Below, one piece after another: positions 22,601 through 30,040 of a stretch of DNA of 64,000 nucleotides. This stretch comes from a virus: the IMG/VR virus record IMGVR_UViG_3300033508_000214, positions 1 to 64,000 of that record; one strand, given 5' to 3'. The notes beneath the pieces were generated by a model. It did not search any database and was not told where the DNA came from. It saw nothing but the letters and a program-made list of their open reading frames with translations. Position 1 is the first letter of the stretch; each line of letters starts with the position of its first letter. Position numbers and translations under genes: made by a program.

Positions 22601-24113
22601 GCTTAGCGGCTAAATTAGCATTAATAGCTTTAGTTTCTAAACCTTTAGCTGTTGCTAGCATCTTATCAATCTGCTCCGGCTTAACATTCTGTACGTTTGG
22701 ATCTTTAAGTATCTTTAATGTACTTGCTTTTTTATTTTTTGAAAGCGCTTCTTCTTTTTTCGCTAGAGCTTCCATCTTTGCCTGAAGAGTGTCTAGTTCA
22801 TTGTTTTTAATTTCTGCTACACGTTCAGCATTATTTTTAGCAATCTGTAAAGCTCTATCTGCATCAGCAATTTTACGTATTTTTTCCTGTTCAGCTAGTT
22901 TTACGCGTTCTGCTGCTGCTGCTTTTGCAGTAGTACTTAATTGTTTAGCTTTTTCCAGTTCTGTATTAGCAATATCTACTGCAGCTTGTTTTGCCGCTAA
23001 GGCCTCAGCCTTATACCCCTTTTTAGCTTCGGAAGCTTTAGTAACTGCTAGTAACTTTGATTGTTCGGCGGCAGCTTTAGCATTTTCCTTCATCATACCT
23101 AATGCAGGAATGGCTTGTTTTAATAGAGTAGCGGCTATTAGGCCTAATACTCCGGCTAAAGCTGTAGGATTTGATGATAGAATTTCTACTAGTGGTCCTA
23201 GAACTTTATTAACTAGTTCTAGCCCGGATTGAGTTAAGTTTTGTATACTAGCAAGTACTTTACTATAAGGGTTTGAGTTAAGTTCAATAGCTTTAAACTT
23301 ACGCTCACCTTCCTCTAGCACTGCATTAGTAAATGCTTGTTGCTTTTCAAACGTAGTTAGGCTTGTAACTGTTTTACCAATTTTTTCTGCGTATGCTTGC
23401 TGAGCTGGTATCATACGGGTCATAATACCTAGTTCGTCTAAAAGTTCCGGCTGGCTTTTAATAATACCTTTAGTTAGACGTTCCATAGAATCAGGCAAAT
23501 CTCTACCTAGTGCTAAGGAAGCTTGTTGTGCTACTTTAGCCATTCTAAGCATTTGAGTATTACTCATACCACCAGCTGCAGCCATAGCCGTAGATGTAGC
23601 TGCCTGTGACATTGACATAGCTCCTTGAGTAACCTTAACCATCTGTTTAGCCATACTACCTAAGTTTCTACCAGTAGCAGCCCCTAGTTGGTCCAACCCA
23701 GCAATCAAATTAGTAGTATCCATTGCCTTACTTAAAGCAGTAAAAGCGGCGCCTACTGCAAATATATTAGCAGCGAATGTAGCGTAGACGTGAACAAGTC
23801 CGCCCAAACCAGATGCTTGTGCGGCAAAATCGCTAGATGCAGAGCCTGTTCCCGCTCCTGCTCCAACACTACGATAACTCTTTGATTCCCCTACTACAGG
23901 ATTTGATGCCGACCCTTTAGGTCTGGCGCTATTAATAGCAGCAGCACCTGGAATTACAGTTGCCTGACTAAGAGCAGAGGCAGGCATTTTTATAGTATTA
24001 ACAGCCTTAGCGCCTTGCTCTAAGTCTGTTCTAAACCCTTTAGCAGCATTAGCCGCTTTATCTAGGTTATCTACTTTAACTACAGCGCGTATATTAGTAA
24101 TTGTATCAGCCAT
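13620..24113 (-). CDS. Tape measure protein (3,497 aa)
   Basis: Follows the tail chaperones; N-terminus resembles T5 pb2 (PELLDELGI motif); helical Ala/Lys-rich body; C-terminal FAKGG..VVGERGPELV motif. Confidence 0.9.
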   Translation of the reverse strand: MADTITNIRAVVKVDNLDKAANAAKGFRTDLEQGAKAVNTIKMPASALSQATVIPGAAAINSARPKGSASNPVVGESKSYRSVGAGAGTGSASSDFAAQASGLGGLVHVYATFAANIFAVGAAFTALSKAMDTTNLIAGLDQLGAATGRNLGSMAKQMVKVTQGAMSMSQAATSTAMAAAGGMSNTQMLRMAKVAQQASLALGRDLPDSMERLTKGIIKSQPELLDELGIMTRMIPAQQAYAEKIGKTVTSLTTFEKQQAFTNAVLEEGERKFKAIELNSNPYSKVLASIQNLTQSGLELVNKVLGPLVEILSSNPTALAGVLGLIAATLLKQAIPALGMMKENAKAAAEQSKLLAVTKASEAKKGYKAEALAAKQAAVDIANTELEKAKQLSTTAKAAAAERVKLAEQEKIRKIADADRALQIAKNNAERVAEIKNNELDTLQAKMEALAKKEEALSKNKKASTLKILKDPNVQNVKPEQIDKMLATAKGLETKAINANLAAKQAALAGDKASAASNEALYQTYKKSSTMQREYAAAVIAAREAHASYMKSQDAASAVHAAESYKASKVILQAREEEARAIADSDKVVKSSEAARLQALAKVAEAEEQFNKTAKQNEKWYIAGNQTRVIAERALLKATTDNILAQTAQTASTKGFFAAWKEGQAEIAKAKLGSSEMIKIPVLDSFGKQVMENGVAVTNLEKIITPPMGNIRALWTSLKVGIGAATTAIGTFLNFAGPWIQIIGLAVVAFEMLDSWLTSSAKELSAFSESSDTVKSSLANVYKTLEAINKKDLKDFLSIESLQAKANALTDLSASVTKLVSDYSNLIATQNVWDKAIDGFMSGMFGKGSVDKLRVNLSNSIVSALKAAESGPAKDQAIKTLKNLLGEKVDVSNLKAIDEALFNLDEASVSNALRTIPDVLQNLSRESANAAAPLTAFAQSLLDISKQSTVMTNALIPRDDFSKMGMEIAKTSKFMEESLKAGPIEALLTLEKLSGNIQALSFLPKGTAEQLGSASKELKRLAESISALQKTKQEASANMDTNTTIISDNKGFGMGYSDRLEKTRGAETGLKAAQDVYNITVQRLKKEEDAAAAIRKEYENLPEQFAQSSFKLLAKGLAVAMNDSAVNSAKGFLSIMQQGGSNVESELIGLEKQQISGQIALIKSNFSIVEQQARLAATIEKNSLVQEQANLLEQAKSPISSETNRDALYKKIEAIQKALDSNTSKFSIINDGGKSASVDASKGVASPATLAAMKDMEGYMTALFGMWGQIAGKQSELYVLNLKQMVAEKNELVIADERILSARSRDLTNQKTLLDMQKGNATYVSSELASKLAKNAADSIDTKLALDSLNIRKQQNANSVALEDSSKRLLNSSGKTNAKELEHNKLIKSTISYLDEQTKSMKETAELDKSKLDITVIQANELAKITYEKGIQASIDADRFNTDKESLSTKQSQLKFLMDIGAITAQEYTQRQAILELEQQSLVYANDKQLAADKYNSDMLAKGIALANTVQANPNADTSVQVQQINDTAAAYERQLALLDLIYANKTNIIERDKTQKLLVDAQNEAMTKMVSLTEVLANAFGDVGAAIGTMGQEVLKFNAIDEQLAVRRTALTEQYKQETIEAEKAVAAARLEFANAGGDNGNTEALTAVEEKANRAKAAADKKYSKDKETLDKKVLANELNAINKTAGAAKKMFAEKTAAYKILDGIEKASAAYKAAMDLKELAMDMKKFAVRIGLMESETVANTAQQTFIMSERAAAAATDIAITSSTEATKNATKTPGVFMTFLEWLGPPGMAAAAVAIAAVLGSSGGSSTVSTVGMTAEDMQQSQGTGQSWQDGKLVDNGGGVFGDSEAKSQSIANSLSILEANSIEGLSFANKQTDLLAKINDGIKGVAEAAYGVQGIRTGSGFGTTEKSTNNPGFLGLFASSSSTSIINAGIKLVGTFESLGVAGDGLIQQFETVQNTKTSSGIFGIGASSKTWVDNNLKPLEEKAANAIRETFSFMGELLVDSGESIGLTAGETLARINSLNIDISASLKGLTGSESTEELNAVFSSILDDAYAKLAPSLKKFRKFGEGMAETFIRVTSDFDKVNLAFESMGLSTIGFTEIASKATSEMLSAQATAEQAMIAAKNAVPKFALNVENIMSSENNGVYKPMDNSAEIDAANTLVAETAEKYRLATEVVNEANASMTTKGYDVSEAISKAAGGLDKFQQSAQLFAEIFLTEGQRFDIARSKSTDRMAEIGSSNDYVKDLFRTISEGNDSLINTKDEYYAVVQAAQASANVAVNANDKVGKAQQEAAVAAYTALMDPALLNGFNNIWENQKESAQSAYDLQTRLMRAQGDEAGALARELSTSRQQEVQDAIDAGLILDATSHKLVFLAEDVASFIDTIGMSASNLSGILSSAIKDATSAEDARKKASDATKDAISNALIDAMSAQIVGVVMTGIITPMMTNLVGSSVLAGTNLATGSMIAGTNLAVGSTVAGTNLVTGATVGATNIMTGATGSAAAMALGGTVAGQNVYDSSVDAANATEDAAENAYTNLTNGGAGAAKDIAKGATASANTIITTANNTNEAVASTANSASSAISEASNTLSNIAGAAIAAANGTEFTPTEAPDPIVITTTKIEAIIDNWERVLGDPKFIEFIGSTIPDLFGDMGAAGYETFSGTDMLPTNTDDTKKDAADEKKYGEEYDKLLEALKKDTEKFEEQFKELGKGKFQATMDALTKATEDKLTEATALAVLAGKNTDEATAAVGRWSKAQKDYLVGQQKQTILDEINSLTLTRAQLLEKERADIDEANLTEFDRLQLIKENNRIKDLELELLNVQGRTHEALLITREKELATLTEAEKLTKQKIYDAQDLAKTQDLQISLMELEGKGQEATLLNRKKILVGLSATDAATQNQIWINEDLNKVKGLEVELMQEQGLTYQALLISREQELFNLSEAEKLVKRKIYAEQDLNKTAELQSQLLVLEGKAKEATLFTRQKELRALSATDAAIQNRIWMLQDEKDNLDKTNNQQVEILNLLGKSAEALAITRIAELDAMDESLRPRQLYLYALQDEAAIRDKLKSNLKSNVDSLKGFIKSLKEAKDSLLLGDKSILTPAQKYAEAKLQKDIVVAAATAIAITEEDIAKRDEAIGKLPGVTDAFLDASRTLYASSEQYTQDFNSVLAILDSTRSSLEAQLTDAEQQLNALSTIEENTFNSNELLAQLLVAQTSTASALLAYITSGTGVIDSTGTSAPVMPHSVDTLGTMPPVITDTGTTGAVITDTMASSIEDIYQSVFHRASDPGGKAYWVNRANSDMSLAEIEEAIRAHPEARVQVLYDKLAGESVPGDRAGLDYWIAEVNSGKSKADIIKAFAYYAVQVDPINSTKLAKDIASGALSVVPEIPGFAKGGLASGVAVVGERGPELVDFATPSRVYSNKASNDLLNTRELVEEIRNLRKEVIQLRKEQQEQTGHLIASNYDATNKASDNVAKATEDAAKLAAWNQRSMLKLA

Positions 24114-24168
24114 GTTTTCTCCTATATGTCAGCACAGAAAAAATGCTGTCATTAATTTTATCTACTCC

Positions 24169-24197
24169 ATTATAGCACTATACGATAGACCTGTCAA
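24169..24197 (-). promoter_or_regulatory. Consensus sigma70 promoter for tape measure
   Basis: Minus strand TTGACA-N17-TATAAT. Confidence 0.8.
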
Positions 24198-24218
24198 GGT
24201 GTAAATTTACAGACCAAT

Positions 24219-24252
24219 AAAAAGCCCCTATTATTTCTAATAGGGGCTTTTA
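24219..24252 (-). terminator. Intrinsic terminator
   Basis: aaaaagcccctatta-tttc-taataggggcttttt. Confidence 0.8.
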
Positions 24253-24567
24253 CTATTTCTTAGTAGGCTTTGGCTTTTTATCGCTAATTACTTTAGACCT
24301 ATGCTTATCTATAATATCAACTAACTCTAGCATAGTCTTGTGATCTTCCGCCGGTACTTCTAGTATTATAAACATATCTAGGATCCCTTCAAAGTGCTTA
24401 CCCATGTAGGTACCGCTCATTCCGTCCCAGTCGTCTCGAAGTTTACTGTATATACTAAAGGCTTGTTGCACTTCGGTATGTAAATCCTCATACTCAACAG
24501 GAATTTCTTCTTCTAGGGGTTCGGATCCTAGTGTATCACACATTTCCAAATAAGCATCTTTGGTCAT
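24253..24567 (-). CDS. Tail assembly chaperone, downstream (T-like) ORF
   Basis: Position before the tape measure; its frame stays open upstream to the slippery site in the G-like gene. Confidence 0.75.
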   Translation of the reverse strand: MTKDAYLEMCDTLGSEPLEEEIPVEYEDLHTEVQQAFSIYSKLRDDWDGMSGTYMGKHFEGILDMFIILEVPAEDHKTMLELVDIIDKHRSKVISDKKPKPTKK

Positions 24568-24608
24568 ACCAAGTTCACTATTTTGAAAATATAGTGATAA
24601 TTGTCTAT

Positions 24609-25040
24609 TTACTTCGACGTACTGGCTTTCGTGAAATTTGAAAGGTCTGTAACCGTGTCACTAATAAAGCCATCAAAATTAGCAGAATTCTGCATTAAGA
24701 ATAGCGCATTGTCTTGGTTGTACTCAAGTTCTGTTGCAAGGTCTTGCCCAGTTAAATCTACGGGGGCTAGCTGGTCTAAGTAGGCTAAAGTAAGCCCTTT
24801 CCACCCCTTAATACAGGCATTTACATACAACTGTAAGAATAACTTATCATCAAGTTCTTCTACAGGCTGTCTATTTTTAAAAGTAGTCTTAGTAGCTTTT
24901 TTACGAATGTTAACTAGAGTTTCCCTTGCAAGAAATACTACGTCAATCATAAATCCTGGCATACCAGGATATTCAATCTCAACTGCTTTACTTGGCACTA
25001 ATAGAGATTTAAGGCTAGATACTTTTGTTGTTTCTGTCAT
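24609..25040 (-). CDS. Tail assembly chaperone (G-like)
   Basis: 143 aa after the major tail protein; IKGWKGL motif; ends SNFTKASTSK. Confidence 0.8.
   Translation of the reverse strand: MTETTKVSSLKSLLVPSKAVEIEYPGMPGFMIDVVFLARETLVNIRKKATKTTFKNRQPVEELDDKLFLQLYVNACIKGWKGLTLAYLDQLAPVDLTGQDLATELEYNQDNALFLMQNSANFDGFISDTVTDLSNFTKASTSK
24633..24639 (-). other. -1 programmed ribosomal frameshift site A AAU UUC
   Basis: X XXY YYZ heptamer in the correct frame; the -1 frame reads FHESQYVEVNRQLSLYFQNSELG-MTKDAY with no stop. Confidence 0.8.
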
Positions 25041-25127
25041 TTTGTGTTCCTTTAATTGTTATAACACTAGATAAAAAGGAGCAGTGGTGATCAGGCCACT
25101 ACTCGGAGGTAATAATTTACCTAAAAA

Positions 25128-26609
25128 TTATGCTGCTGGTGCAAAGTAACGAACACGTAATTCGTTAGTATTCTCAATATCGTACTGTGATGTAGCTGTA
25201 CGAACGTATGCAGAAGCCTGAGCAGTAAAGTTAATGGTAGTAGACATAACTGCTTGAGCGTCAATAGTAGGAATTTGCAACATAGCAGCATCCATTAGTA
25301 GCTCTACACGAGTAGCATTGTTTGAACCGCCTACTTCAATTTGTAGTAGATACTTAGGATCTACAGTAGTAGTAGACGCGGCTAACATATCCTGTAACAG
25401 TTTAGCAGTACTATTTGGAACTAAACTACTACCAGTACGTAGGTAGGCGTTAATTGATCCGGATACCGCACGTGTACCTGTAAAGTATCCGATAGCGTTA
25501 TTAACAATACCTAAGTTAGCAGGTGTAATATATGTAATGTTATTAGCAATGCTAAGGCTACCACCAGTAAGAGCTAAAGTATACGTAGTGCCGTCAACTC
25601 CACCAATATTAGATTTAAGCTTAACAGTAGAAAGCTTGTTAGTAATATAGTTAGCAGCAGTATTTTTTGCAGCTGCAGTACCAGTAGCATTTCCTGCTCC
25701 ACTGAATACTCCGGGATTAGCTGGAGATACTACAGCAGTATTTGGAAGAGCTCTAAGTGTAGTAGCTTTACCAGTCCAAGCAATAGTAGCAATACCATCT
25801 AAACCGAAATCAATAGTAGCACCATCCATAGCACAGTTATCAATAGCATACATAGTTGAATCAACTACGAAATACATACCAAACTTTTGTAGTTGGTTTC
25901 TATCTGAAAGTGCAGAGGTTAACTGACTAAACGCTACTGGGACTGCAGTATCTGTAGCATCTGCTAAATTACTTGTCCAAGCTGAGTTCCAGAACTTAAT
26001 GTCAGTATCAAAACCATCTGGTCCTGCGGCTGATGTTGGTGCAGATAAGTACTGAAAGGTACTAGATGTAGGACTTAGCGTTAGAACTTTAACAGTAGTA
26101 TTAAATTCATTTGCCCCTACACCAATAGCTCCGGTAAGTGCATATGTACCACCTAATACAAGTCCTGAATATGTATGAGCCGTTCCACTTAGTGCTAAGA
26201 TACCTGTTGAAGGTGCATAAGAAGCTGTAATAGTAGTACCAGCATAAGTAGCTACAGGGGTTGCTGAAATTGCTGCACTAGTAAACAATGCATTCCATAG
26301 CACAGACTCTTCTGCAGTAATTACTCCGCCTGTATTAGCTGGGCGTACATATGTAGAGAAAGAGAATTCAACGTTACCTAGACTAGTATTAAAAGAGCGC
26401 TGGCCACGAACAGGGATGTTACCCGCTTCACTTAGGGTAATAGTATCAGCGTTAGTTGCTTGTGAAAAACTAAATCCGTCTAGAACCTGGATTTCAAAAG
26501 TATTACTAGAGGTAATGGTACTACCTGAAGTAGGGATGACACCAGTATTAGCGTCTACGTTGGTTGTAAAGAAAACGCGAGAATTTCTTACCAAATTAAA
26601 AGTTGACAT
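25128..26609 (-). CDS. Major tail tube protein (T5 pb6-like)
   Basis: 493 aa; LVRNSRVFFTT..VLDGFSFSQ..RGQRSFN..FSFSTYVRP motifs as in T5-like tube proteins. Confidence 0.85.
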   Translation of the reverse strand: MSTFNLVRNSRVFFTTNVDANTGVIPTSGSTITSSNTFEIQVLDGFSFSQATNADTITLSEAGNIPVRGQRSFNTSLGNVEFSFSTYVRPANTGGVITAEESVLWNALFTSAAISATPVATYAGTTITASYAPSTGILALSGTAHTYSGLVLGGTYALTGAIGVGANEFNTTVKVLTLSPTSSTFQYLSAPTSAAGPDGFDTDIKFWNSAWTSNLADATDTAVPVAFSQLTSALSDRNQLQKFGMYFVVDSTMYAIDNCAMDGATIDFGLDGIATIAWTGKATTLRALPNTAVVSPANPGVFSGAGNATGTAAAKNTAANYITNKLSTVKLKSNIGGVDGTTYTLALTGGSLSIANNITYITPANLGIVNNAIGYFTGTRAVSGSINAYLRTGSSLVPNSTAKLLQDMLAASTTTVDPKYLLQIEVGGSNNATRVELLMDAAMLQIPTIDAQAVMSTTINFTAQASAYVRTATSQYDIENTNELRVRYFAPAA

Positions 26610-26697
26610 ATTTATTTCCTTAATTTGTGTATCTAAGCATCTAAACTAGATATTTATCTGTATTTAATGCGTTGATACTTGTTATAGACTATATAGT

Positions 26698-27147
26698 CTA
26701 CGCATGATACTGGTATCTTACCTGTACCTGTACCTCTCCTACACCATAGGGTATTAAAAGAGATTCGTCTGTTGTAATACTAGCTACTAGTATTTCCGTA
26801 GTTTCATACCCATTTACTGAGTCATACACTATTTGACGGTTATTATTAATTACTGTTTCTATATCTTCTAACAGTAATTCTAATTCTTCCTGGGGGCTAT
26901 CTGCATTTTTACAGTATACCTTTATTGATATCCCGAGATAGGCCCAGGTAAACGAAGGTAGGTACTCCCTTTGCTCAGATCCAGCTGATATATATATACA
27001 TGGAAAACAGTTAACCTCATCCCAAAATTTTAGAAAGGGAAAAGCCGATCCATAAAGGTTAGACTTATAAGTTCCCGTACCATCAATTTCTTTAAATTTT
27101 TCAGCTAATGCCTTAATTATACTTGTTCTTCTGGACATATTCTCCAA
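26698..27147 (-). CDS. Tail terminator (T5 p142-like)
   Basis: 149 aa; RTSIIKAL..FWDEVNCFP..EQREYLPS..ITTDESLLIPYGVGEV; upstream of the tube gene. Confidence 0.75.
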   Translation of the reverse strand: MENMSRRTSIIKALAEKFKEIDGTGTYKSNLYGSAFPFLKFWDEVNCFPCIYISAGSEQREYLPSFTWAYLGISIKVYCKNADSPQEELELLLEDIETVINNNRQIVYDSVNGYETTEILVASITTDESLLIPYGVGEVQVQVRYQYHA

Positions 27148-28061
27148 CCTTTATGATGCTTTTTACTACCTTTTAATACTTTACACAAAGAACTTGTATC
27201 TAAGCTATACAGTCGAGAAAATTGGCTAGCGTTATCTACCGTATATATCACACCATCTGGGGATATAATACGTGGATATACTATCCCTCTTGATACAGCG
27301 GAATTCGCCTTCGAGTATCTAGTACCTTTTAATAGTACTAATTTAGTATACTTATCTGGGTATGCTTCAGCTAACCATTTATGTGTTTCACCCGAAGAAA
27401 TAGCTCTTACTATATTATAAGATATACCAGTATCTTCTGATATAGTAAGTAAACTTAGGCATCTATCATCTATTAATAAATCTAGTAGTTTAATTACTAA
27501 CTCATTAGAAATTTTTGAAGCGGAACACTTATCACCGTACTTAGGTTTTCTATTACCTTTTAAATTTATTAGTATATTATACTTTTCAGGGTATTCTCTT
27601 GATAACCACATATGGCTAGAGCCTCTTGAAATACCTCCAATTATACCTACTGATACCTTAGTAATATTAGATATTTCGCTAAAGGATAACTCAGTATTGA
27701 TTACTAATAGGTTGAAGCATTCCTCGATTTGAGAATTGGAAAATTTAGCATTACCATTAAGTTCACCATAACTAATAGGTAATTGTTCTGCTTTATAACA
27801 AGTATTAAATCCATTGTCTACTGCGTTATATATCTCAATAGTCTCGTTTTCAAACTCATTTAAATCTGTAGTGCTACATTCTGCCAAGATTGTATACTCT
27901 GGTAATCCGAAAGTTATATACGCTTGATTCATTTTTACACTATGATTATTAGACTTTAATTCTCTAATATGTCTATTGAATCTATTCTCTATATTTTCAG
28001 ACTGACCAATATACACTTTATTAGTACCATTAAAGTTTAGCTTATAAATTCCACATGTCAT
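27117..28061 (-). CDS. GIY-YIG homing endonuclease with repeated HTH/NUMOD-like modules
   Basis: MTCGIY..VYIGQSENIENRF; two HKWL-ending repeats; C-terminal SPDG..HHKGW module. Confidence 0.9.
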   Translation of the reverse strand: MTCGIYKLNFNGTNKVYIGQSENIENRFNRHIRELKSNNHSVKMNQAYITFGLPEYTILAECSTTDLNEFENETIEIYNAVDNGFNTCYKAEQLPISYGELNGNAKFSNSQIEECFNLLVINTELSFSEISNITKVSVGIIGGISRGSSHMWLSREYPEKYNILINLKGNRKPKYGDKCSASKISNELVIKLLDLLIDDRCLSLLTISEDTGISYNIVRAISSGETHKWLAEAYPDKYTKLVLLKGTRYSKANSAVSRGIVYPRIISPDGVIYTVDNASQFSRLYSLDTSSLCKVLKGSKKHHKGWRICPEEQV

Positions 28062-28134
28062 GCTACTTTCTCCTCGTAAAAGAAAGGCTAGACAGCATTA
28101 CGAGTACTGTCAGGGCCGCTAAACCCGTTCACCT
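28062..28134 (-). ncRNA. Conserved structured 5' leader (copy A) of GIY-YIG gene
   Basis: AGGUG..GGG/CCC hairpin, GACAGUA/UGCUGUC stem; loop CUCGUAA complementary to UUACGAG at the SD; matches copies at 31553 and 57777. Confidence 0.7.
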
Positions 28135-28142
28135 GTATTTGA

Positions 28143-30038
28143 TTAAATTAACACAGCCCTTAATCTATTTTTAACTTTAGTAGCTGCTATCTCATGTATA
28201 GATTTTGAAATGAGCAACCTAGGGTCTCTTGATTTTGGAGATCCTTGTGCGTATCCAGGTTGAAACGTCTGGTAAGGGTATTTCATGTACGAGTAAAAAG
28301 CTGTAATAGCTCCTGCTCTTGATTGTGTAATACGCTCAACTGCTACAGTTGAAGCAAACCTACCAGTATCATAGTTAAGTATCTTACGCTGACCGCCCTG
28401 CCATGGCTCGTCTCCCATATTATTTTCAATAACTTCTTCTAACTGAGAATTAATAAGAACCTGAAGACTTGCTAGACTATAAAACTGGCCTTGCCGGTTT
28501 CTAATCTGAGGTGCAGCGGAAGCTATTCTTGCTTCACTAATATTTTCAAATTTACGCTTTAGCTGCAGTTGCGCTAATTGTGCCTGTTTTACAGTACTGT
28601 GTACTTTTTGTAAAGCAGCTTTTAGCTTGTTAGCAGCATCTTTAAGTTTAGCAGCATTCTGCTTACTACCTGGACTCTTATCTTTAGCTTTAGCTTTTAC
28701 ATCTACTACCTGTACAGGTTTTCCAGTAAGATTAGACGCAATTACATGAGATATATGCTCTTTTATACTTCTTGAGCTTTTTGCGTCTAATAACTCTTCT
28801 AGAAAGGTACTATTAGGTCCTGTAAATAGATCGGCTATTAACTTAGCTTCACTACTATTTTCTGGTAAATCTTTTGCTTTATTTTTAATATCTTCTGCAA
28901 TTGCTGCAGTAGTCGAAAGTAGCCGCTTATACGTCTTAGTTATCTGGTTCTCTTTTTCTTCTATAGCTTTAGCTGTAAGTTTTTTACCTTTTTTCTCAAA
29001 AAAAGCTGGATCGCCATAAGGAACGTCACATTTCTCAATAATGTCTAGCAGATCACTTAGTGCTTTGCCTGCATTAGTAGTAGCTATACCTGAACTCGCA
29101 TTAGCACGACTAAGTTGAATCTCTACTAAAGTATGTATCCCTAAACTGCCCATATGTTTATATATAGAGGCTAATAAAGTCTCATCATGCCGCATATACG
29201 AAGAGTATACATCCCCTAGGTGAATCATACTAACCATTGCTTCTAGCTGTCTACTTAGAGTTGCTTTAGCAGCTGTATACTCGGGGGATTCGCCTATCAT
29301 CTGAGCTGTAGCGTCATACTTTACAGTATTAAGTCCTGGTATAACTGCTTCCAAAGTACTAGGTAAGTCTTTTAACGAAAAAGCTCTTTCTAATCTAAGG
29401 CCTAGAATTGCTTTTAAGTGACCACCATCTACTGCGCTAATATTAGCTTTAACTGCTTGTACAATTTCTTTTGATAGCCCGCCAAAGGTACCATTACTGC
29501 TTATTCTAACACTAGCAACTTCGTCTTTCCAGAGTTTGCTAACATCAGATACCCCTATGTTTTCTACAATAAGGTTATCAGGGGACTGAAAAAATTCTAG
29601 TGAGGTTGTGCTACTTTTTGGAACATAGGGGGTAGGCGTATTTACAACTGTAGCACCTTCTAAATTTTGAACCCTTTTAACCATAGATTCGTAACTTATA
29701 CTACCTAGTATATACTTAACTAGTTTATTAACTCTAGCTTCAGACTTTTTGTCAATACTTCCTAATACTTCTGTTCGCACCCCTGATAGTAAGTTGTGCG
29801 TTTCTATATTACGAATATCATTTTTTAAACTATCTATATTACTTCTAGTAATAAGGCCTGCATTACCTAATAAAGATCCTTTCGAATCTGTTTGCGCTCT
29901 AACAGTACCTCTTGCATCTGTAAATCTTGCTACTGTATCAAACTTATTAACGGCATTATTAAGGGTGTTATACTTTACGTACCATACTCTCTCAAAAATT
30001 GCCTGTTTCATGAAAGCGGAAAGTTCTGTGGCACTCAT
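28143..30038 (-). CDS. Tail completion protein (T5 p143-like C-terminus) with long N-terminal extension
   Basis: 631 aa; C-terminal TGRFAS..YSYMKYPYQTF..RDPRLLISKSI; syntenic between head completion and terminator genes. Confidence 0.65.
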   Translation of the reverse strand: MSATELSAFMKQAIFERVWYVKYNTLNNAVNKFDTVARFTDARGTVRAQTDSKGSLLGNAGLITRSNIDSLKNDIRNIETHNLLSGVRTEVLGSIDKKSEARVNKLVKYILGSISYESMVKRVQNLEGATVVNTPTPYVPKSSTTSLEFFQSPDNLIVENIGVSDVSKLWKDEVASVRISSNGTFGGLSKEIVQAVKANISAVDGGHLKAILGLRLERAFSLKDLPSTLEAVIPGLNTVKYDATAQMIGESPEYTAAKATLSRQLEAMVSMIHLGDVYSSYMRHDETLLASIYKHMGSLGIHTLVEIQLSRANASSGIATTNAGKALSDLLDIIEKCDVPYGDPAFFEKKGKKLTAKAIEEKENQITKTYKRLLSTTAAIAEDIKNKAKDLPENSSEAKLIADLFTGPNSTFLEELLDAKSSRSIKEHISHVIASNLTGKPVQVVDVKAKAKDKSPGSKQNAAKLKDAANKLKAALQKVHSTVKQAQLAQLQLKRKFENISEARIASAAPQIRNRQGQFYSLASLQVLINSQLEEVIENNMGDEPWQGGQRKILNYDTGRFASTVAVERITQSRAGAITAFYSYMKYPYQTFQPGYAQGSPKSRDPRLLISKSIHEIAATKVKNRLRAVLI

Positions 30039-30040
30039 AT

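Noticed and set aside
13843-23232. Many plus-strand ORFs within the tape measure, and similar ones within fibre and capsid genes
   Set aside because: Antisense shadows of Ala/Lys-biased coding; no RBS or recognisable motifs.
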